Assembly (NCBI GenBank): GCA_001189155.1
Contig: LFCP01000007.1
Location: forward strand, 1 to 58,438
DNA: 58,438 nt
Direction of reading: 5' to 3'
Origin: Parcubacteria bacterium C7867-006
GTDB lineage: Bacteria > Patescibacteriota > Minisyncoccia > Phycocordibacterales > DATDWN01
Below, one piece after another: positions 17,010 to 25,583 of this stretch (its first letter is position 1; each line of letters begins with the position of its first letter). The notes under the pieces are model-generated. The model worked only from the letters and a program-made list of their open reading frames with translations, did not search any database and was not told the DNA's origin. The translations under genes were made by a program, and so were the position numbers.

Positions 17010-18752
17010 ATGGATATACTTTGGAAATACTTAAAAAAATATTGGAAGCTTTGTGTAGCTGTTATTTTACTGGCTATAGTAAATCAGGTTTTTTCTCTAT
17101 TTGAACCAATTATTTTCCAGTGGATTGTAGATGAGTATGCATTACGTTTTCATGAAATTAGCTTGACTGTATTTCTTCGTGGTACAGGTTTGCTACTTCT
17201 TGTTTTTATTGGTAATGCTTTTGTCTCTCGTATTGCAAAGAATTTTCAGGACTATTATCTAAATACGGTAAGTCAGCGTTCAGGTGCAGATATGTACAGA
17301 GAAGGAGTAAAGCATTCACTTAGTCTGCCGTATATGGTTTTTGAGGACGAGAGAAGTGGAGAAACACTAGGTAAATTACAGAAGGCAAGACAAGATACTG
17401 AGAAACTTGTTGTAGACACAATAAATGTTGTTTTTATATCTGTTATCATCCTCGCTTTTATTTTAGTTTATACAGCTCTTGTGTATTGGGTTATTCCAGT
17501 GATTTTTGTTGTCATGATTACTGTTGTAAGTACAATTACAATTCTTTTTTCCAAGAAAATTAAAAAGGTTCAACAAACTATTGTTGAGGAAACAACAGCC
17601 TTAGCTGGAGCTACAACTGAGTCATTACGAAATATTGAGTTGGTTAAAGCTCTCGGCCTCGCTAATCAAGAGGTGGAAAGGCTTAACGGAGTAACAGAAA
17701 AAATTCTCGCACTTGAACTAAAAAAACTTCGATATCTTAGAATGCTCGATTTCATACAAGGTACGGCAACAAACTTTATTCGTGCAGGACTTTATTTCTT
17801 CTTGTTTTATCTTATTTTTATAGAAAAAATTACATTTGGACAGTATTTTTCTCTCAATATATATTCTTTCTGGCTGTTTTTTCCAATGGCGCAAATTACA
17901 TCATTTATTAGTACGTATCGTCAGGCCGAAGCCTCTTTGGAAAACTATTCCAAGTTAATGAATACCGAACCTGAGCCTCAAGCTTTAAAACCAAAACATT
18001 TGGGGAAGGTTACAGATCTCTTATTTGAAAATATATCTTTCAAATATAGATCTTCTGAAACAAAAGCACTTTCCGAAATATCTTTTAAAGTATCAACAGG
18101 AGAAACTATTGCTTTTGTTGGGCCATCCGGTTCTGGTAAAACTTCTCTCGTAAAACTTTTGGTAGGTTTGTATGAGCCAAGTGAGGGTAATATTGTTTAT
18201 AACAATATAGTTCAAACAGAAATCGATAAAGAAGAGCTTCGTGGTCAAATTGGTTTTGTGACTCAAGAAACACAACTTTTCTCCGGCACTATTCGTGAAA
18301 ATCTTTTGTTTGTGAATTCAGGAGCAACAGACGAAGAATGTTTGGATGCGTTAAACAAGGCCCAATGTCAAAATCTTTTAGAACGTGGAGGAAAGGGTTT
18401 GGATACTGTCATAGGTGAGGGTGGGGTTAAAGTATCAGGAGGAGAAAAACAGAGGCTATCTATTGCTCGGGCGCTTCTCCGAAATCCAAATATTTTGATT
18501 TTTGATGAGGCAACTAGTGCTTTGGATTCTATTACCGAAGGAGAAATAGAAAAGACAATTAGAGATATTTCAAAGATCCACAATCATATAACTGTTCTTA
18601 TTGCACATAGACTTTCAACTGTAATGCATGCAGATAAAATATATGTTTTGGAAAAAGGTCTGGTGGCTGAAAACGGAACCCACTCAGAACTACTTGAACA
18701 AAAAGGTTTGTATTACGCAATGTGGAGACAGCAGATTGGGGAAAGAGTTTAG
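17010..18752 (+). CDS. ABC exporter, fused permease/ATPase (MsbA/LmrA type)
   Basis: 580 aa. Six TM helices at the N-terminus, then Walker A GPSGSGKTS, signature VSGGEKQRLSIARA and Walker B ILIFDEATSALD. Confidence 0.92.
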   Translation: MDILWKYLKKYWKLCVAVILLAIVNQVFSLFEPIIFQWIVDEYALRFHEISLTVFLRGTGLLLLVFIGNAFVSRIAKNFQDYYLNTVSQRSGADMYREGVKHSLSLPYMVFEDERSGETLGKLQKARQDTEKLVVDTINVVFISVIILAFILVYTALVYWVIPVIFVVMITVVSTITILFSKKIKKVQQTIVEETTALAGATTESLRNIELVKALGLANQEVERLNGVTEKILALELKKLRYLRMLDFIQGTATNFIRAGLYFFLFYLIFIEKITFGQYFSLNIYSFWLFFPMAQITSFISTYRQAEASLENYSKLMNTEPEPQALKPKHLGKVTDLLFENISFKYRSSETKALSEISFKVSTGETIAFVGPSGSGKTSLVKLLVGLYEPSEGNIVYNNIVQTEIDKEELRGQIGFVTQETQLFSGTIRENLLFVNSGATDEECLDALNKAQCQNLLERGGKGLDTVIGEGGVKVSGGEKQRLSIARALLRNPNILIFDEATSALDSITEGEIEKTIRDISKIHNHITVLIAHRLSTVMHADKIYVLEKGLVAENGTHSELLEQKGLYYAMWRQQIGERV

Positions 18753-18770
18753 TTTAGGTATAGTTAATGT

Positions 18771-19646
18771 ATGGATATATTAGTTACAAAAAAATCTAAG
18801 GATTATGAACTTCTAGATAGTGGTGACGGGCAAAAACTTGAGAGATATGGAGAGTACGTTTTATCTAGACCAGATACTCAAGCTATTTGGGGAAAGAAGC
18901 TAGGTTCATCAGAGTGGTCAAAGGCTGATGCAGTTTTTTCTCATGGAGAAAAAACTTTAAAGTGGAATATAAAAAATAAAATTAATGAGTCTTGGAGTAT
19001 TACATTAAATGATATTGTTTTTTCTCTTTCGCTTTTACCGTCAAAACATCTAGGAGTTTTTCCGGAACAATCATCTCAGTGGACATGGATTGCGGAGAAA
19101 ATCGCCTCCTCGGCGATCCGCCGAGGAGGCGGAAAAGTTACAGTGCTTAATTTGTTCGGTTATACTGGTGGAGCAAGTTTGGTTTGTGCAAAAGCGGGTG
19201 CGGAGGTTGTTCATGTTGATGCTTCAAAATTTGCAGTTGATTTAGCTCATAAAAATTTAAAGCTATCTGGGCTTTCTCAAAAACCAGTGCGTTTTATTAT
19301 TAATGATGTTAGAAAGTTTGTTGAAAGAGAGATAAAAAGGGGAAATAAATACGATATCATATTGATGGATCCACCTGTTTATGGAAAGGGGGTAAAGAAA
19401 GAAGTATGGAAAATAGAAACTGATTTAACACCTTTTCTTTTGAGAGTTAAAAAAATAGTTTCAGATAATCCATTGGCTATTGTTTTAAATGGTTACGCTT
19501 CTGTGTATTCTGCGGGTTCTTACAGGAATTTACTTGAATCTATAACAAATGATATGGGCGGGGATCTATCTTGCGGTGAGCTCACGATAGAAGAGTCATC
19601 CGGCCGAATGCTTCCGTGTGGAATATATTCCCGTTGGTCAAAATAA
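18771..19646 (+). CDS. Class I SAM-dependent (RlmI/YwbD-like) methyltransferase
   Basis: 291 aa with LNLFGYTGGASL (SAM motif I), VHVDAS and IILMDPP. Confidence 0.75.
   Translation: MDILVTKKSKDYELLDSGDGQKLERYGEYVLSRPDTQAIWGKKLGSSEWSKADAVFSHGEKTLKWNIKNKINESWSITLNDIVFSLSLLPSKHLGVFPEQSSQWTWIAEKIASSAIRRGGGKVTVLNLFGYTGGASLVCAKAGAEVVHVDASKFAVDLAHKNLKLSGLSQKPVRFIINDVRKFVEREIKRGNKYDIILMDPPVYGKGVKKEVWKIETDLTPFLLRVKKIVSDNPLAIVLNGYASVYSAGSYRNLLESITNDMGGDLSCGELTIEESSGRMLPCGIYSRWSK
19103..19131. repeat. GC-rich perfect palindrome inside the methyltransferase CDS
   Basis: CGCCTCCTCGGCG-ATC-CGCCGAGGAGGCG (13-bp arms) in an otherwise AT-rich gene, flanked by GAAAA on both sides. Confidence 0.85.
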
Positions 19647-19650
19647 TAAT

Positions 19651-20184
19651 ATGAATTTTATAGATACATCTGTTCAAAAATATTTTTCATTGGCTAGAAC
19701 TGCTGGTCTGACAGAGTACATGTATATTATAAGCAATATTTTTGATGTATCTTTTTATTCCTTCATAGTTTTTATTTGTATTACCGCTTTAGTTTATTTG
19801 TTTAGAGGAGTTAGATACGCCATACTTTTTTTCTTAACAATTGTTTCTACTGGAGTTTTGGTTTATCTATTCAAAATATTTTTTAATATTGCACGACCAA
19901 CAGATGGAGTTTTTGTTGCTTTTGGGCAAAGTTTTCCTAGTTATCATGCAACGATGGCTACTGTATTTTTTGTAATACTTATGTATATTTTCGATAACTA
20001 TTTCAGTTCATTTTTAAGAGTAATTTTTAATATTATCTGCCTAACTTTAGTGTTTACAGTATCGTTTTCTAGAATATACCTTGGGGTTCATTGGTTAAGT
20101 GATGTTTTATTCGGGATGATTTTAGGTGTTTTTATTGTTTATTTTTCAGTTTGGGTTTTTAGAAAATCCACAGCTAGTTTGTAA
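19651..20184 (+). CDS. PAP2-family membrane phosphatase (undecaprenyl-diphosphatase-like)
   Basis: PSYHAT and SRIYLGVHWLSDV motifs in a multi-pass membrane protein. ATG at 19651. Confidence 0.8.
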   Translation: MNFIDTSVQKYFSLARTAGLTEYMYIISNIFDVSFYSFIVFICITALVYLFRGVRYAILFFLTIVSTGVLVYLFKIFFNIARPTDGVFVAFGQSFPSYHATMATVFFVILMYIFDNYFSSFLRVIFNIICLTLVFTVSFSRIYLGVHWLSDVLFGMILGVFIVYFSVWVFRKSTASL

Positions 20185-20243
20185 GAAATCAGTGATATAA
20201 TAGTCTATATTGGCGTATCAATTAAAAATTAATAATTTATTAT

Positions 20244-21059
20244 ATGAACGAATTTTTCGATAGTACACAAAAGAGAAGATTTACAAACGCACTGATAGTT
20301 GCAACAATCCTCCTCGCTACTTTTCTTGGAGCCGCTACTTTAAATGCTATAAAGCAAAACTCCTATATAGGTAAAGGTGTTTACCCATCAAATGTTATTG
20401 CGATTTCAGGAACAGGTGAGGTTTATGCTGTTCCAGATATTGCATCTTTTTCTTTTTCAGTTATAGAGGAAGGTAAAACTGTAAAAGATGCTCAGGACAA
20501 GGCAACAAAGAAAATTAACTCAACCATAGATGCTATAAAAGCTTTTGGTATTGATGAAAAAGACATAAAAACTACTGGATATAGTTCTTATCCAAAATAC
20601 GAGTACACAGGTTCTGCTTGTATTAATGGATACTGTCCTCCAGGAAGACAAATACTAACTGGTTATGAGGTTAGCCAGTCGATAACAGTAAAAGTTAGAA
20701 AAACAGATATTGCTGGAGATATTCTAACTAAAGTAGGTGAGCTGGGAGCTTCAAATATTTCTGGCTTGGATTTTGTGGTTGATGATATTGAGTCAGTTAA
20801 AGCACAGGCTAGAGAAAAAGCAGTTGCAGATGCAAAAGCAAAGGCGAAAGTCCTAGCTAAAACTTTGGGAGTCAGATTAAATAAAGTAGTCAATTTCTAT
20901 GAATCTGGAGATTATCCAACACCTATATACTACGCAAAAGATTCAATGATGGGAGCAGGTGGTGTTACAATGAATGCATCAGCTCCAGTTTCACCCTCTC
21001 TTCCAACAGGGGAAAATAAGGTAGTATCAAACGTAACCATAACTTATGAGGTAGAATAG
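20244..21059 (+). CDS. SIMPL/DUF541-family secreted protein
   Basis: 271 aa. N-terminal TM/signal segment, then GYEVSQSITVKV...AKAKAKVLAKTLGV, typical of SIMPL. Confidence 0.75.
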   Translation: MNEFFDSTQKRRFTNALIVATILLATFLGAATLNAIKQNSYIGKGVYPSNVIAISGTGEVYAVPDIASFSFSVIEEGKTVKDAQDKATKKINSTIDAIKAFGIDEKDIKTTGYSSYPKYEYTGSACINGYCPPGRQILTGYEVSQSITVKVRKTDIAGDILTKVGELGASNISGLDFVVDDIESVKAQAREKAVADAKAKAKVLAKTLGVRLNKVVNFYESGDYPTPIYYAKDSMMGAGGVTMNASAPVSPSLPTGENKVVSNVTITYEVE

Positions 21060-21156
21060 TTTAGATATTGACTCTTCTAATATTCTAATATACTATAGTA
21101 AATAACCCCCAGCGGGGTTTTTTACTACCAGAGAAAAATCTCTAATATAAAAAACT

Positions 21157-21336
21157 ATGAGTCTAATTACATATCTAAAAGATACACAAGGAGAGTTAAA
21201 ACACGTAAGTTGGCCATCTAGAGGTCAGGCTATCGGTTTTACTATTGTTGTTGTTATTGTTTCAGTTTTTGTTTCTTTCTACCTAGGATTTTTTGACTAT
21301 TTATTCAAATTGGTTCTTGGTAAGTTTGTAATCTAA
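21157..21336 (+). CDS. secE: Preprotein translocase subunit SecE (59 aa; below the ORF-track cut-off)
   Basis: ATG at 21157. MSLITYLKDTQGELKHVSWPSRGQAIGFTIVVVIVSVFVSFYL... has the KVxWP motif plus a single TM helix, and the gene lies directly upstream of nusG. Confidence 0.85.
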   Translation: MSLITYLKDTQGELKHVSWPSRGQAIGFTIVVVIVSVFVSFYLGFFDYLFKLVLGKFVI

Positions 21337-21348
21337 TTTAAAATAAAT

Positions 21349-21894
21349 ATGTCAAAACAACAGCCACAAGCAGGAAGAAACTGGTACGTTATTCATACAT
21401 ATGCTGGATACGAGAATGCTGTTATGAGAAATCTTAAACAGCGTATCGAGTCTCTTGGAATGGAGGATAAAATTTTTAATGTAATAGTTCCTACTGAAAA
21501 GAAAATAAAAATAAAAGGAGGAAAGAGAGTAGAAGAAGAAGAGAAAATATATCCAGGTTATATTTTGGTAGATATGATCGTAACAGAGGACTCATGGTTC
21601 GTAGTAAGAAACACTCCACGTGTGACAGGTTTTGTTGGTTCTGGTGTTTACCCAGTTCCAATTGATCCAAAAGAAATTGAAGAATTATTTGGACGAATGA
21701 ATGCTCACACTGCAAAACACAAGATAGATTTGTCAGTAAATGACTCTATTATCATTGTTGACGGTCCGTTCAAAGACCTAGAGGGTAAAGTTTCAGAGGT
21801 AGATGAGGAAAGAGGTAAGGTAAAGGTTCTTGTGGCTATGTTTGGCCGTGAGACACCAGTAGAGCTAGACTTCTTGCAGGTACGTAAATCATAG
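21349..21894 (+). CDS. nusG: Transcription termination/antitermination factor NusG
   Basis: 181 aa with the NGN domain start WYVIHTYAGYENAV and a C-terminal KOW motif. Confidence 0.93.
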   Translation: MSKQQPQAGRNWYVIHTYAGYENAVMRNLKQRIESLGMEDKIFNVIVPTEKKIKIKGGKRVEEEEKIYPGYILVDMIVTEDSWFVVRNTPRVTGFVGSGVYPVPIDPKEIEELFGRMNAHTAKHKIDLSVNDSIIIVDGPFKDLEGKVSEVDEERGKVKVLVAMFGRETPVELDFLQVRKS

Positions 21895-21939
21895 GTTGCA
21901 ATTTGGTGTATTTTATATTAATCTATCAGAACTAAAAAC

Positions 21940-22362
21940 ATGGCAAAGAAAATTACAAAAAAGCTTAAATTGGTCATCCCAGCAGGGAAGGCAACACCAG
22001 CTCCTCCAACAGGACCTGCTTTGGGACAGGCTGGAGTTAACATTGGTGAATTCGTAAAACAGTTCAACGATGCTACAGCTAAAATGGCTGGAGATATTGT
22101 TCCAGTTGAGATATCAGTTTATGAGGACCGAACATTCTCTTTTGTATTAAAGACTCCTCCAGCATCATCACTTATCCTAAAAGCTCTTGGAAAGGAGAAG
22201 GGCTCTGGAAAGAACGCAGTTTCAAAAATTGGCTCAATTACAAAGGCACAGCTAAAAGAAATTGCAGAAAAGAAAATGCCAGACTTGAATGCTAATGATA
22301 TTGATGCCGCAATGAAAATTATTGCAGGTTCTGCTCGAAGTATGGGGGTTGATGTGAAATAG
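21940..22362 (+). CDS. rplK: 50S ribosomal protein L11
   Basis: 140 aa with [22 protein letters not shown]. Confidence 0.95.
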   Translation: MAKKITKKLKLVIPAGKATPAPPTGPALGQAGVNIGEFVKQFNDATAKMAGDIVPVEISVYEDRTFSFVLKTPPASSLILKALGKEKGSGKNAVSKIGSITKAQLKEIAEKKMPDLNANDIDAAMKIIAGSARSMGVDVK

Positions 22363-22380
22363 GTATAAAAATTTAAAACA

Positions 22381-22412
22381 AAAAAAGACACTGATGTAAA
22401 GTGTCTTTTTTT
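22381..22412 (+). terminator. Intrinsic terminator after rplK
   Basis: AAAAAAGACAC-TGATGTAAA-GTGTCTTTTTTT. Confidence 0.8.
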
Positions 22413-22464
22413 GTTATTTCAGATAATACTTTGTTTCAGAACAGTGTTCTTGAAAGGAGATTGA

Positions 22465-23106
22465 ATGGAAGTGAATAAATCGGATTGGACTTTGAAATCC
22501 ATCCTCAAGGCAAAACACGGGGTTACTGAGAAGTACATCCCGAACCTTGATGATCTGAAGAAGATCGTCGAGGCGGCAAAGCAGGGTGGCTACAAGGTCG
22601 GACTTACTCAGGGCGTCTACGACATGTTCCATGTCGGCCATGGACGTTACCTCGAGGAGGCCAGTACTCATGCGGACATCCTCATCGTCGGAGTGGACTC
22701 AGACGAGCTCACACGGTCGATGAAAGGTCCCACTCGACCATTCGACACCTTCGAGGAGAGGATTGAGATTTTGGCGATGCTCTCCTGCGTTCACGTCATC
22801 GTTAAGCGTGATGTCGACCAGCACATGTACGATCTCATCAAGCTCGTCAAGCCTGATGTTCTCGTGATGTCGCAGACGACTCGCACTTTCGGTGATGAGG
22901 ACAAACGTGTTCTGAACGAGTACTGCGGTACCATCAGACATCTCGAAGCCAAAGCAGCAACGTCAACAACGGCGAAATTGCGCCGTCTCAAGATTGAGGG
23001 AATTACACCTTTTTCGATTGCGGTGAAACAGAAAGTCACCGAGTTCGCAGAAGACGTGATCTCTCTCGTCGAGTCTTCGTTGAAAGGGGAAACTGATGGG
23101 CAGTAA
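22465..23106 (+). CDS. Cytidylyltransferase-fold nucleotidyltransferase (TagD / RfaE domain II-like); GC-rich island gene 1
   Basis: 213 aa. GVYDMFHVGHGRYLEEA is the HxGH motif, followed by ILIVGVDSDE and a C-terminal ATSTTAKL that resembles the RTxGISTT motif. Confidence 0.8.
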   Translation: MEVNKSDWTLKSILKAKHGVTEKYIPNLDDLKKIVEAAKQGGYKVGLTQGVYDMFHVGHGRYLEEASTHADILIVGVDSDELTRSMKGPTRPFDTFEERIEILAMLSCVHVIVKRDVDQHMYDLIKLVKPDVLVMSQTTRTFGDEDKRVLNEYCGTIRHLEAKAATSTTAKLRRLKIEGITPFSIAVKQKVTEFAEDVISLVESSLKGETDGQ

Positions 23107-23986
23107 CCTCATCGGTTACATTCCAACTCTGAACCAGCGTCACCTGAGCTGGTTCGAGCGTCACCCTCGGAGTAAGCTTTTTCTTGTCACACAGAAAATG
23201 GCAGAGGAGCTTCTCCCTCGCCTTGCTAGAAATATGGCGGGGGTTCCGACTCAGGCGATGGAAACAATGATCAAGTCGCTTGGGGTGGTGGAAGATGTTT
23301 GTTTGTTTGAGCCTGATGAGGACAGCCCTCGTCTAGTCTCACACAAGCAGAACCATCCTTTTGGTGCATCCGGTTGGAAAAGCTGGGTGTTGCCGGACGA
23401 AGATATCTCACATATCGTCGCTCAGAAATACTTGTACCCGGCGGATAAAACTGCTGAGTTCGAGATGATCTGGGCCCGGTGGGATATGACGGCGGTGCAC
23501 AAAGCACAGCCGATCATTCCTGATGTTGTAGTTTCAAGCTCTCCTCTGGACATCATCAGAATGAGAGCTGCACAGCGGGAAGCAATCAAAAGTCCCGACT
23601 GGTGGAGACAGATAGCAGCTGCTGCGTGGCTCGACGACGAGTGTATCGCAGTTGCTTGCAACACCCACATGCCCAACGAGTACGAAACGTACATCTTCGG
23701 CGACCCACGGCTTAACGTAGACGCGGGTCAACCCGGTAGGTACGTTGCTCTCCATGCTGAGCGAGCGGTAATTGCTCAGTGTGCTAGACGTAAGGGAATC
23801 GGACTCGAGGGTGCATCACTCTATGTTACGACATTTCCGTGCGAAGACTGTGCACGTGAAATTCGCGAGGCTGGAGTGAAGAAAGTGTTCTTTGAATCTG
23901 GTTACTCGGTCCTAAATGCGCAAGATGTTCTACGTTCGCGTGGTATCGAGATCATCCAGGTAGTCAGAACCCCCACCGTCGCGTAA
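23096..23986 (+). CDS. Fusion of an unknown N-terminal domain (~165 aa) with a dCMP/cytidine deaminase zinc-binding domain; island gene 2
   Basis: 296 aa. The C-terminal half has HAERAVI ... TFPCEDCAREI (HAE / PCxxC zinc motifs). The start overlaps the stop of gene 1 by 11 nt. Confidence 0.8.
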   Translation: MGSNLIGYIPTLNQRHLSWFERHPRSKLFLVTQKMAEELLPRLARNMAGVPTQAMETMIKSLGVVEDVCLFEPDEDSPRLVSHKQNHPFGASGWKSWVLPDEDISHIVAQKYLYPADKTAEFEMIWARWDMTAVHKAQPIIPDVVVSSSPLDIIRMRAAQREAIKSPDWWRQIAAAAWLDDECIAVACNTHMPNEYETYIFGDPRLNVDAGQPGRYVALHAERAVIAQCARRKGIGLEGASLYVTTFPCEDCAREIREAGVKKVFFESGYSVLNAQDVLRSRGIEIIQVVRTPTVA

Positions 23987-24006
23987 GCGACGGTGGGGGG
24001 TTTTTA
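23970..24006. terminator. GC-rich bidirectional terminator between the convergent island operons
   Basis: CCCCCACCGTCGC-GTAA-GCGACGGTGGGGG followed by TTTTTA. The loop contains the stop codon of gene 2. Confidence 0.8.
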
Positions 24007-24462
24007 TTTCTTCTTGAAACCGACAGGTGCGACGATGAGGTCCTCGAGTTTGTTCTTCTCGTCGCCAACCTTCTCGCCACCTACGATTACATGAAAGTGC
24101 AAGTGGTCAATGGTAGCTGCAGTGCGACGCATATTGCCTGAGCGCACAAACACCGAGAAACCATCGAGTTCGAATCTGTTCTTGATCCACTCAACGGCTT
24201 CAAAGAGAGCGAGCTTTTCGTGAGTCGAAAGTTCTCGAATCTCCGTGACGTGGCGCTGGGCCACAACGAGGTAGTGATGTTCCGCCCCGTTGTATGGGTA
24301 GTCGTTCGGCTTCACGAACCAGAAAGGATTCTCCCATATTTTGCCTGAAGCTCCTCTGGAAGTGAAGTCGATGCAGAAGAAGCACTCATTCTTCTTCTCT
24401 GCCTCTTGCATCCGGGCGACCTGCTCGGAATGTCTAGCGTTGTCTATCTGCATTTTTGCCAA
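24004..24462 (-). CDS. HIT-family (histidine triad) nucleotide hydrolase/transferase; island gene 3
   Basis: 152 aa with an HLHFHVI triad and an N-terminal CFFC motif. Confidence 0.8.
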   Translation of the reverse strand: MAKMQIDNARHSEQVARMQEAEKKNECFFCIDFTSRGASGKIWENPFWFVKPNDYPYNGAEHHYLVVAQRHVTEIRELSTHEKLALFEAVEWIKNRFELDGFSVFVRSGNMRRTAATIDHLHFHVIVGGEKVGDEKNKLEDLIVAPVGFKKK

Positions 24463-24554
24463 TCGTCACCTCTTCTAGAGCCTTTCTATCATTTTTACAA
24501 AAAAAGACAAGCCGTCCTGGGTTACGCCGGGACGGCTTGGTTGTTGATGTTGGA

Positions 24555-25478
24555 CTATGTCGTGACAGGGATCTTCGGCATCGACGGTCCTGACTGGTAG
24601 TCCTCCAGACGAAGATGTTCAGGCCTGAAATCGAAGAGACTTTCGACCTTTTTGCCTTCTTCTGTGAGATAGACACTCGGGAACCGGTACGACGGTCGCC
24701 TCACGAGTTCTTTCACGTTCTCCAGCTGATCTTCGTAGAAGTGACTGTCGTGGGTTGCATGGATGAGCATGTACGGTTCAAGACCGAGAACATGTGCAAT
24801 CATCACCGTGAGTGCCGCGTACTGGATGGTGTTCGACGGAACGCCGATAGGGAAGTCTGCTGATCTCTGATCCATCCTGAGAGTCAGCTTTCCATCGACG
24901 ACGTACATCTCCACATCTCCATGACATGGAGCGACGATGACTTTCCGTTCCTTGCCAGTGTAGCCGATGGTGTAGTGGGGCAACCAGCTCGTGATCTTGT
25001 GTGTTGTCACATCCGGTCTTTCTTTCATCTGCCTCAGCACCTCCTTGAATTGATTGTAGGTGCTACCGTCTGGCGCGATGTACTGGAAGGCCCCGCCGTA
25101 GGATCCAGGTCCCAGGTCAGGGTATTCCAAACCGAAGTGTGCACACTTATCTTGTGTTGCCCACTGCTTGAGCCACCACTTCACACCCCAGACGTCGGCA
25201 AGAGCCTTGGCGTCACGCACTCCGTTGATGAACGCGAGGAGTTCACCAATCGGCGTCATCCAGAATGCGGAGATGTCCCGTTCCGTCATGACAGGAAAGC
25301 CATGCCGGAGGTTGAAGACCATCGGAGAGAGCGTTTTCACGCTGTATCTTCCGGTCGTCTGAAAGGGGTTTTTGGTCAAAACCCCTGGGCGACGAATCCG
25401 TCGCAGAATCTGATTCATGCGGTTCTTGTACTGAGTGTTGACTGCGCGCTGTTCCAGCGGCAGATATTTCGGATCCAT
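24555..25478 (-). CDS. Thymidylate synthase (ThyA) family enzyme, divergent; island gene 4
   Basis: 307 aa with APCHG (catalytic Cys), DQRSADFPIGVPSNTIQY and DSHFY, all matching ThyA core motifs. Confidence 0.8.
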   Translation of the reverse strand: MDPKYLPLEQRAVNTQYKNRMNQILRRIRRPGVLTKNPFQTTGRYSVKTLSPMVFNLRHGFPVMTERDISAFWMTPIGELLAFINGVRDAKALADVWGVKWWLKQWATQDKCAHFGLEYPDLGPGSYGGAFQYIAPDGSTYNQFKEVLRQMKERPDVTTHKITSWLPHYTIGYTGKERKVIVAPCHGDVEMYVVDGKLTLRMDQRSADFPIGVPSNTIQYAALTVMIAHVLGLEPYMLIHATHDSHFYEDQLENVKELVRRPSYRFPSVYLTEEGKKVESLFDFRPEHLRLEDYQSGPSMPKIPVTT

Positions 25479-25583
25479 TCTTTAGTCCTTTCTAAGGTAC
25501 GAACCTATGCTGATACTACTTACTATGGTATTTCTCGTCAAATGACGAGGCCGCACAGATGTGCGGCCTGACCCAGATGATTT

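Noticed and set aside
21068-21125. A near-consensus promoter (TTGACT-N17-TACTAT) immediately followed by a short GC hairpin plus T-run (CCCCC-AGC-GGGG-TTTTTT), upstream of secE. It could be read as an attenuator.
   Set aside because: It is more simply the terminator of the upstream SIMPL gene with a chance or overlapping promoter-like sequence. The stem is too short (4-5 bp) and there is no alternative structure to support attenuation.
22422-22432. Possible target-site duplication of the GC-rich island: GATAATACTTT at 22422-22432 versus GATATTATACTTT at 26100-26112.
   Set aside because: Only ~7-11 imperfectly matching AT-rich bases are involved, which is easily expected by chance in AT-rich DNA. 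No integrase, transposase or inverted repeats are present in the island.
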